A stretch of 37,412 nucleotides of DNA, taken from the IMG/VR virus record IMGVR_UViG_3300030397_000219, positions 1 through 37,412 of that record. One strand, given 5' to 3'. A program made the position numbers and the translations under genes. Below are positions 1-7,063 of this stretch, one piece after another (position 1 is the stretch's first letter; each line of letters begins with the position of its first letter). The DNA comes from a virus. Its lineage: Duplodnaviria; Caudoviricetes. Below the pieces are notes generated by a model. That model saw nothing but the letters and a program-made list of their open reading frames with translations. It did not search any database and was not told the origin of the DNA.

Positions 1-174
1 ACTTGATGACTTCTTCGTTGATGTTGTTGAAGAGCCTTCCGGCGACGCAGCCGAAGTTAGGGTCGGACCAAGGATCGCATACACTAAAAAGATTTACGTT
101 GACGAGGAACTCCCACCGGCAGTCCTACTAGGTACGAGCAGCCGCGTTGCACTGGAGTCAAAGAGTCCAACCGA
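1..174 (+). repeat. Direct duplicate of 533-706 (probable chimeric contig end)
   Basis: 1-174 matches 533-706 with one mismatch. After an extra GG, a 12-nt microhomology CGAAGAACTCAC (177-188 and 707-718) marks the junction. Confidence 0.9.
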
Positions 175-378
175 GGCGAAGAACTCACAGACAAGAAGAT
201 CGAACAGTATATGCTGGACGGTTACTATGGCAAAGAAGCACAAGAGTGTGCCGAACGTCGACAAAAAGAAGCTAAGAAACTCTCAAAGAAAACCAAACCA
301 AAATGCGAAAAATCGTTGACACGAATCCTAAAATTTATAGGTTTAGCGAACGATCCTTCAGACGATATGAAGCAGTAA
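175..378 (+). CDS. 3' part of a truncated hypothetical protein
   Basis: Open frame GEELTDKKIEQYMLDGYYGKEAQECAERRQKEAKK... runs from the junction to TAA at 376-378. The 5' end is missing. Confidence 0.45.
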   Translation, partial: GEELTDKKIEQYMLDGYYGKEAQECAERRQKEAKKLSKKTKPKCEKSLTRILKFIGLANDPSDDMKQ

Positions 379-890
379 TTAAACGCGCGACTGACTGCTT
401 CCCTGATCCAGTCATTGTCCGCCTCAGCGCGTCCAAGCCTTCAACTTTCTGCCTTCGTTGTCGTGACGCTATTCGCTCTTATATCAACAACTTCTGGGAA
501 TCCACTATTAACAGAGAACGTCTGGAACAAATACTTGATGACTTCTTTGTTGATGTTGTTGAAGAGCCTTCCGGCGACGCAGCCGAAGTTAGGGTCGGAC
601 CAAGGATCGCATACACTAAAAAGATTTACGTTGACGAGGAACTCCCACCGGCAGTCCTACTAGGTACGAGCAGCCGCGTTGCACTGGAGTCAAAGAGTCC
701 AACCGACGAAGAACTCACCGCCCTCATGGTCCTTGCCAATGTTACCTTCTTCAACAACATTCCCGTCCTAGTCAAAGACGTATCATCCGAACAGCAAGCC
801 TACATCGAGACAGGCGAATACCTCAACCGCTTCCCCAATGTAGTTTTTGACAAGCTTGACGGCTCAACCAGCAGTTTTAAAATGTTATGA
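303..890 (+). CDS. Hypothetical protein (195 aa)
   Basis: ORF with an A/C-rich leader and ATGA overlap with the next gene. No recognisable motif. Confidence 0.7.
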   Translation: MRKIVDTNPKIYRFSERSFRRYEAVIKRATDCFPDPVIVRLSASKPSTFCLRCRDAIRSYINNFWESTINRERLEQILDDFFVDVVEEPSGDAAEVRVGPRIAYTKKIYVDEELPPAVLLGTSSRVALESKSPTDEELTALMVLANVTFFNNIPVLVKDVSSEQQAYIETGEYLNRFPNVVFDKLDGSTSSFKML

Positions 891-1138
891 CAACCCTCAA
901 AGGACCATTCGATAACGTGCCGCCCGAGGACAAGCGCAGACTTCAAGTCTCTGTCCCCAATGTAGTCGCAGACGACTTACTCCTGCGCATGTTTCCAGAG
1001 CACGGATTCCAAGACAAACTCTTGGCCATCTTTATCGACTGGTTTCATAAAAAATGTATCGAGTCAGGCATCCCACCAGAGTTCGATAAAAGTAACGAAG
1101 AAGCAGCAAAGAAACTACTAAACTATTACCTCAGATGA
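887..1138 (+). CDS. Hypothetical protein (83 aa), possibly a small DNA-binding protein
   Basis: ATGA overlaps at both ends. The function is a guess from size and a strand-helix-helix pattern. Confidence 0.65.
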   Translation: MTTLKGPFDNVPPEDKRRLQVSVPNVVADDLLLRMFPEHGFQDKLLAIFIDWFHKKCIESGIPPEFDKSNEEAAKKLLNYYLR

Positions 1139-1356
1139 GCGAAGTTGACCTAGAAAATCCGTCCTTAGACGAAGCAGGAATCGTCAATCTAATTCAGAAA
1201 GACCATAGCCAAATGGGCGTCGATGAACTTGATGCCCTAATCGAGACGTCACAAAAGATTGCAGGCAACGCACCGGCGCGACGTGCTGCCCTTGGCAGCA
1301 AGAAGTCTACCAACAAACCGAAGAAGTCCTCACTCAACCTTGACCAATTCCTGTAA
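1135..1356 (+). CDS. Hypothetical protein (73 aa)
   Basis: Coupled to neighbours by ATGA and TAATG overlaps. Basic C-terminal region. Confidence 0.65.
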   Translation: MSEVDLENPSLDEAGIVNLIQKDHSQMGVDELDALIETSQKIAGNAPARRAALGSKKSTNKPKKSSLNLDQFL

Positions 1357-2402
1357 TGGACCTCAACGTAAACCTTAACGAAGCAGGCTTCCAACCAGCC
1401 GATGACCTCCCACCACATCCAGCTTTTAAAGAAACATCCTATGGCGAATGGGAGTTTCATATCGACAACTCCACGCTGGAGCGGTTTATGGCGTGTCCCC
1501 AATCCGCAGAAAACTATATCCTTAAACGCCGAGACGCTCCACCATCTTCGGCGCTTGTCTTTGGCGGAGCCATTCACGACGCGATGGAGGTCTATTACAA
1601 AAACCCATTCGACCCAACCATCCACCAGCAAGCCCGCGAAGCGTTCATCGAATCCTACAACGAGCGACCACCTGCCCGACCTGACTGGCGCACTGCTGAC
1701 CATGGCCTACTTGTTCTCGATCGTTACTTCAAACACTACGAGCAAGACGAACTAGCTCACAACATCCTCGTTCACAACGACGAGCCCTTGGTCGAACGTT
1801 CATTCACAATCGAACTGGGCACCATCGAAGTCAACGCAGACATTCCTGGCTACACTCGTGGCGACCTTCTTGGTTCTGATTGCGAAAATCCTGACGCCCC
1901 TGCACGTATCCGAACCCTCCACGTCTTCTATACCGGCAAGGTTGACCTAGCCAACGTCAAGTCCGGCCAACTATGGGTCACAGACCACAAGACGACCACT
2001 GTCCTCGGCGACAACTTCTGGGCACAGTTTGAAATGTCCTCCCAGACCATCGGCTATTGCTGGGCGTTTAAACAGATCACCGGTCAGATCCCCGTTGGAG
2101 CACAAATCAACTGCTGGGCATTACGTAAACCCACTCCGACCGGCAAGCCCGTTCGGTTCGAGCGCCAGTCCTTCTTCTACCGTCCGGACAAAATCGACGA
2201 ATGGGAACACGACACCATGTGTCTCGTCGCTGACTTCACTTCCCACGCAGTCCGTGGCTACTTCCCACACGCCCGCCTGTGGTGCCTGAACAAATACGGC
2301 AAGTGCAAATACTTTGAAGTCTGCGCTGCACCTAAATCATCCAGAGCCAACGTGCTCGCAACCAGCCAGTTCTCTAATGTCACATGGGACCCCACGGCAT
2401 GA
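1356..2402 (+). CDS. PD-(D/E)XK (RecB/Cas4-like) exonuclease
   Basis: Motifs GGAIHDAME, VE, GKVDL and TDHKT. One N-terminal Cys (ACP) plus C-terminal C-x6-C-x5-C is the typical Fe-S staple. Confidence 0.85.
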   Translation: MDLNVNLNEAGFQPADDLPPHPAFKETSYGEWEFHIDNSTLERFMACPQSAENYILKRRDAPPSSALVFGGAIHDAMEVYYKNPFDPTIHQQAREAFIESYNERPPARPDWRTADHGLLVLDRYFKHYEQDELAHNILVHNDEPLVERSFTIELGTIEVNADIPGYTRGDLLGSDCENPDAPARIRTLHVFYTGKVDLANVKSGQLWVTDHKTTTVLGDNFWAQFEMSSQTIGYCWAFKQITGQIPVGAQINCWALRKPTPTGKPVRFERQSFFYRPDKIDEWEHDTMCLVADFTSHAVRGYFPHARLWCLNKYGKCKYFEVCAAPKSSRANVLATSQFSNVTWDPTA

Positions 2403-2724
2403 AACCTTCTGGAAGTTTCTTTACGAGTGGCTGCGACACAAAGACGTCATCCCTGACGAACTTGTCGACACACTCGCCCGTCACAACTATGACGCCGAAT
2501 CCTTGACTTCCCTGCTAGGCTTTGAACGAAACCGCGATGGCACGATCTCTGACCCCATCACATTCCAGGCCGCCCGTCTCCTTGACACCGGCATCACGGA
2601 GTCCGACTCCACTACAATCTCCAACGCAATCAACACAATCTTCAAACGTTATGAACGACTTATCAGAATACAACCCGACCGATTCAACGGGGCTCCTCTT
2701 GGTTGGATCCCCCGGAAGCGGTAA
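2377..2724 (+). CDS. Hypothetical protein (~115 aa)
   Basis: Fills the gap between nuclease and ATPase. Start placed at ATG 2377 within the 2314-2724 ORF. Confidence 0.5.
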   Translation: MSHGTPRHETFWKFLYEWLRHKDVIPDELVDTLARHNYDAESLTSLLGFERNRDGTISDPITFQAARLLDTGITESDSTTISNAINTIFKRYERLIRIQPDRFNGAPLGWIPRKR

Positions 2725-3409
2725 GACCACTATTGCACTGCAATTCCCCCAACCGTACATCTACGACGCAGACAACAACTTGGCCGGACCCGCCCGAGTG
2801 GCACCCTCTTTGGACGTCGATCTCTCCAAAGTCAAGTTCGACCGCGGCAACTTCAAAGACGACGGCTCAGTCGTCCCGCCTTACGAACGTTACCAACTTA
2901 TGACACAACGCCTCGTTAAAGCTTCCCAAGACCCAAACATCCGCACCATCATCCTCGACTCTCTGACCTCCATCACGGACTACGCATTCGACGACATCAA
3001 ACGTCAACGCAAAATTCCTGAGTCAAAGCGAAACGAATACAAATTCGAATATGACGATTGGGCACTCCTGATTCACTACTATAAAAACCTCGTCACGGAA
3101 CTTCGTACCTGTGGTAAGATCATCATCTTCACTGCACACGAATCTATCGAAAAGGACGAAGCGGACAAGTCCTTCAAGACGTTCCTTGGCATCCCCGGTT
3201 CTTCCAAGCACAACCTTGTCGGACTCTTCTCTGACTGCTGGAACCCCACCGTCAAGCAATCCGGCTACGGCACCGCGGCCAAGGTCGAACGCACCATCAA
3301 CACCATCCCGGTCGGCTCCACTGACAAGCGCGGACTCAAGTCCTCCCTTGAACTCCCGCCCAACTTTCCTGCCGCCGACCTACCTAAATTCCTGAAACAG
3401 TTGAAATGA
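2651..3409 (+). CDS. AAA_24 / Sak4-like P-loop ATPase (recombinase)
   Basis: Walker A GSPGSGKT, Walker B IILDS and FTAHE motif. Lies between a nuclease and an SSB-like gene. Start reassigned to ATG 2651. Confidence 0.8.
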   Translation: MNDLSEYNPTDSTGLLLVGSPGSGKTTIALQFPQPYIYDADNNLAGPARVAPSLDVDLSKVKFDRGNFKDDGSVVPPYERYQLMTQRLVKASQDPNIRTIILDSLTSITDYAFDDIKRQRKIPESKRNEYKFEYDDWALLIHYYKNLVTELRTCGKIIIFTAHESIEKDEADKSFKTFLGIPGSSKHNLVGLFSDCWNPTVKQSGYGTAAKVERTINTIPVGSTDKRGLKSSLELPPNFPAADLPKFLKQLK

Positions 3410-4002
3410 AAATAGCTAAAACAAACAGCATGAGACGTCTCTACTTCGACACCGAAACCTCTGGCCTCCCTCCCAAAGATCCTAAGACTCCACTTGACAA
3501 ATGCCCTCACGTTGTCCAACTTGCAGCAATTCTCACCGACTCTGCATTCAACGAAATCCATTCCATTAATGTCATCATCAAACCTGATGGCTGGACTGTT
3601 GGAGACGAAGCCGCCAAAGTCACTGGCATTACCACCGAGGCAGCCACTGTACTAGGCGTCCCTGGTATTATACCTTTTGGTTATTTCTCCAACCTTTGCA
3701 AACTGGCCGACGAACTTGTCGCACACAATATCGTATTCGACTCCAAACTCATGCGTTATGAAATGGAGCGACTAAACAAACCAACACGCCACCTGCAACT
3801 TCCACAAGTCTGCACAATGTTAGCCACCACCAACATCTGTAAAATCCCAGGACGCTACCGTGGCAAATACAAGTGGCCCAAACTTGAGGAAGCTTACCAA
3901 TACTTCTTCGGTGAAATGTTCGACAACTCCCATGACGCTCTCGCAGACGTCCGCGCCACCATACGCTTGCACCGACATCTTATCGAAAACAACCTTATCT
4001 AG
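3406..4002 (+). CDS. DEDDh 3'-5' exonuclease (DnaQ-like)
   Basis: ExoI FDTETSGL, ExoII AHNIVFD, ExoIII HDALAD. Confidence 0.92.
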   Translation: MKIAKTNSMRRLYFDTETSGLPPKDPKTPLDKCPHVVQLAAILTDSAFNEIHSINVIIKPDGWTVGDEAAKVTGITTEAATVLGVPGIIPFGYFSNLCKLADELVAHNIVFDSKLMRYEMERLNKPTRHLQLPQVCTMLATTNICKIPGRYRGKYKWPKLEEAYQYFFGEMFDNSHDALADVRATIRLHRHLIENNLI

Positions 4003-4004
4003 CC

Positions 4005-4205
4005 ATGCCCCTTGTCAAACGAACCTTCCTCGTCGAACTCCAAATCGACCCTTCCATCATCGCTGCCGGTGAACTCCCCGTCATCGCAACCTCCATCCGA
4101 GGAGACCTAATCGGAGCCGGACATCCTGTCACCAACGTCCAACCATGGACAGGTTCTGGCGCGGAACAGTCCTACCCACTTCAATCTCCGCACGTAGAAC
4201 CATAA
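4005..4205 (+). CDS. Hypothetical protein (66 aa)
   Basis: Tightly packed ORF in the operon. Confidence 0.55.
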   Translation: MPLVKRTFLVELQIDPSIIAAGELPVIATSIRGDLIGAGHPVTNVQPWTGSGAEQSYPLQSPHVEP

Positions 4206-4240
4206 CGTGCATCACAACAGAAACAACAAACAACAAAACA

Positions 4241-4696
4241 ATGCTACCGCAACTAGATGTAAACATCAACGATGTCGAAACTCGTATGCCAATGATCCCG
4301 GACCGTACTCAGGTTCCGGCCGTCGTCGAGTCCGCTGTCGTCGAGGAAAACAAAAGCAAGACTGGCCATAACTTGGTCGTCTCGTTCAAGACTTCCGAAC
4401 CCGTGGAGGAATCCACAGTCCCAGGGAAGCCTGTCCCAGCCGGGCGGGAACTCAAGAACTATTACCCACTCCAGCCCTCCGAGAAACAGATCGAAGCAGG
4501 CAACGAAAATGCTTGGCTCGAACGTGTCTGCATCCTGCTTGACGCACTCCTCGGCTGCTCGAAGGGTAATCGTCCTTCCCTCGTAGAAGGCATCAACGAA
4601 CTCCACGGTAAGTCGTCACTCCTCACAATTCAACTTGAGGAGTCCGATCAGTTCGGCACGCAGAACCGCATCCGCAAAGTCGGAGCGCCTGCTTGA
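4241..4696 (+). CDS. Putative single-stranded DNA-binding protein (DUF669-like)
   Basis: Sak4-module context, beta-rich pattern and C-terminal ESDQFGTQNRIRKV. Strong CAA-rich leader before ATG 4241. Confidence 0.6.
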   Translation: MLPQLDVNINDVETRMPMIPDRTQVPAVVESAVVEENKSKTGHNLVVSFKTSEPVEESTVPGKPVPAGRELKNYYPLQPSEKQIEAGNENAWLERVCILLDALLGCSKGNRPSLVEGINELHGKSSLLTIQLEESDQFGTQNRIRKVGAPA

Positions 4697-4957
4697 AAGG
4701 GTGATGAGAGTGAACAAGACTGGGAGTATTTAGAAGCTAACGGTTTTGTTGACGAGTCTCATTTCGGACAAAGCTAACCCTCCCACCGAATGCTCTGTGT
4801 GTGCGCGGCGTAAACTACGAGAACACAGGTCGCCCTAGCAGTCGGCGGAATAAATAGGCTCACTCTGTAGATAGGTGGTGTTTGCGACCCTGTTGCAGTA
4901 CTGTTCACAAACCGACTGACCGCCGTAAGCGGTCCTATTCTCCAACAACCAACCACC

Positions 4958-5542
4958 ATGCTCACAACCTACCCCGAAACCTACCCGCCGTTCGTTGCCC
5001 AGCTCTCCAAACCCGGGCGAGAAATCCTCGACTCCCTCGACCCAGACAAAGCTCATCTAGCCCACGCAGTCTTCGGTCTGACTGGCGAACTTGGTGAACT
5101 GGTCATCGCAGACATCAACTACGATACCGACAACGTCCTTGAAGAAGTTGGCGACCTCTTCTTCTATTGTCGCATGATTCGCAATTGTCTCTCCATTGAA
5201 CCTCACCCAACAGGCGCCTCCATCCAATCCATCACCACTGAACTCTTCGGCAGCACAGATAAACAAGGAACCTTCATGGAAGTGTTGGTTGCACAGTCCC
5301 ACAATATCGTCGACGCCCTCAAGCGTTTCATCTTCTATGCTCGTCCCCTCACACCCAACCACATCAAACAACTCAATCGTGACCTCACAACTTTTGAACT
5401 AATCCTCGGAGCCCTGCTTGAATCTCACGGTCACACCATCAAATCCTGTGTTGCCTCCAACATGGACAAGCTCCTTGAACGTTTCCCCAAAGCAGCCTAC
5501 TCTAACAAGGACGCACTCTCTCGCAAAGATAAGACCAATTAA
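4958..5542 (+). CDS. MazG-like nucleoside triphosphate pyrophosphohydrolase
   Basis: GLTGELGEL...LEEVGDLFFY acidic helices and NMDKLLERFP tail. Confidence 0.85.
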   Translation: MLTTYPETYPPFVAQLSKPGREILDSLDPDKAHLAHAVFGLTGELGELVIADINYDTDNVLEEVGDLFFYCRMIRNCLSIEPHPTGASIQSITTELFGSTDKQGTFMEVLVAQSHNIVDALKRFIFYARPLTPNHIKQLNRDLTTFELILGALLESHGHTIKSCVASNMDKLLERFPKAAYSNKDALSRKDKTN

Positions 5543-5552
5543 ATAATTAAAT
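5538..5552. repeat. ATTWAATWATTWAAT motif, copy 1
   Basis: ATTAAATAATTAAAT, overlapping the MazG stop and 5 nt before the next ATG. Confidence 0.9.
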
Positions 5553-5557
5553 CGCAC

Positions 5558-7063
5558 ATGAAACCGAAATTCAGGTTCCCTCAAGAAGCACAACTAATTG
5601 CTGCCAAAGACATTGACCTCGACGGCAGGTCGCGGCGGGATTATGGAGACTTACAAGACCTTGCTTCGTCTATTTCCGAACACGGGTTGATCCATCCACC
5701 GACGCTGACAAAGAATGGTAATAAATTGATCGCTGGCGGACGGCGAATTGCTTCGATGGTCGGCCCGCTAGAGTGTACAGAGATTCCGGTCGTCTACCGT
5801 GAGCACATGCCGCAGCACCAGTTGCGTGAGCTAGAGCTTCACGAAAACGCCAAACGTCTTGGGATGAAGTGGCAAGAGTCTGTCTTGCTTATTTACAATA
5901 TCCACAAGCTGAAGAAGCGCGCGGCGATTGCACGTGACTCTACTTGGTATGCCAGAGAGACAGGCGAGTTGGTCGGTAAGAGTGGTGCGCATGTATCTCA
6001 TGCACTGCTTGTAGCTAAGGTTCTCCTCGCAGGCGACGAAGAGATCGAGAAGTGCGAGTCACTTGTCAAAGCAGTCCAGATTTTGTTGAAGCGTAAAGCG
6101 GACGAAGCTATTGCATTTAAGTCCAAACAAACAGGTGCACTTGTCAATCCTAAGAAACAGCAGGGCGGCGGCATCGTCGAAGTTGACCTGGAGGGTGGCG
6201 AATCAGTCGTCCAAGACGGCAGCGCAGCACCGGCAGAAGGGACTATCACTACAACCAATGTCGAGTTTGATTTAGCTGAGTTTATGTTCGGTGACAGCAT
6301 GGAACTGATGAAGAACCTACCGGACGGCTCTGTCGACCATGTTATCACCGATCCGCCCTACGGCATCGACATGAAGAACCTTGACACCTTCAAGAACATT
6401 GCTTCGGTCGAAGACACTCACGACGTAGACCAGAACGTCTCCATGTTCCGTCCGTTCCTTGAGCAAGCATTCCGCGTCATCAAGACCGGTTACTGCGTAT
6501 TCTGGTATGACATCAGTCATCATGAGAAGCTACAACAGATTGCAACCGATGTCGGCTTCAAAGCCCAACGTTGGCCGATTGAGTGGATCAAGACCCACCC
6601 ATGCCGGAACTCCTCCGCCGAGTTCAACTTTACCAAGTCGACTGAATACGCGATGGTCTGTCGTAAAGGCGATGCGGTCCTTCAGAAGCCTGCCACCAAG
6701 AACTGGATTATGGCAGACGGCAGTGCGGAGACACGTAAGTACGATCACCCATTCGTCAAACCATTCGACGTTTGGTCCTTTATCCTCGAACACGTCGCCT
6801 ATCGCGGCCAACGAATCCTTGATCCGTATGCAGGACAAATGTCCGGGCCTCGTGCCTTCATCAACCATGGCATGATTCCAGTCGCCATGGAAATCGACCC
6901 AACGCACTATGTCAAAGGAGTCGAAGCCGTGAAGAAACTGGTCAGCGCGGTCACTGGTGGCGGAGCTACCTTCAAGAACGACAACACTGCCGAAGTCGCT
7001 GAACTTATTATCGAGACTGCAACACAGCCTGCTGAAACAGAAACCCCTGACGTCGAATTCTAA
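5558..7063 (+). CDS. ParB/Srx-like domain fused to an N6/N4 DNA methyltransferase (beta class)
   Basis: N-terminal GLIHP...LIAGGRR...ELHEN. C-terminal TDPPY precedes HPFVKP and ILDPYAG. Confidence 0.85.
   Translation: MKPKFRFPQEAQLIAAKDIDLDGRSRRDYGDLQDLASSISEHGLIHPPTLTKNGNKLIAGGRRIASMVGPLECTEIPVVYREHMPQHQLRELELHENAKRLGMKWQESVLLIYNIHKLKKRAAIARDSTWYARETGELVGKSGAHVSHALLVAKVLLAGDEEIEKCESLVKAVQILLKRKADEAIAFKSKQTGALVNPKKQQGGGIVEVDLEGGESVVQDGSAAPAEGTITTTNVEFDLAEFMFGDSMELMKNLPDGSVDHVITDPPYGIDMKNLDTFKNIASVEDTHDVDQNVSMFRPFLEQAFRVIKTGYCVFWYDISHHEKLQQIATDVGFKAQRWPIEWIKTHPCRNSSAEFNFTKSTEYAMVCRKGDAVLQKPATKNWIMADGSAETRKYDHPFVKPFDVWSFILEHVAYRGQRILDPYAGQMSGPRAFINHGMIPVAMEIDPTHYVKGVEAVKKLVSAVTGGGATFKNDNTAEVAELIIETATQPAETETPDVEF

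Noticed and set aside
1-174. Terminal direct repeat indicating a complete genome
   Set aside because: The match is to internal 533-706, not to the right end of the window.
1356-2402. CRISPR-Cas system (Cas4-like gene)
   Set aside because: No repeat-spacer array or other cas genes. The context is a phage recombination module.
2522-2650. N-terminal extensions given by the ORF track (also 4145, 27094, 29244, 31701, 35407)
   Set aside because: They overlap upstream genes. Downstream ATGs fit the gene packing and leaders better.
4694-4696. Genome-wide stop codon reassignment
   Set aside because: TGA ends many genes in ATGA overlaps and long ORFs are intact under the standard code. Only local readthrough remains plausible.
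4700-4940. Hammerhead or pistol ribozyme
   Set aside because: Fragments such as TGATGAG, TAAATAG and TAAGCG occur, but the required stems and core order could not be built.
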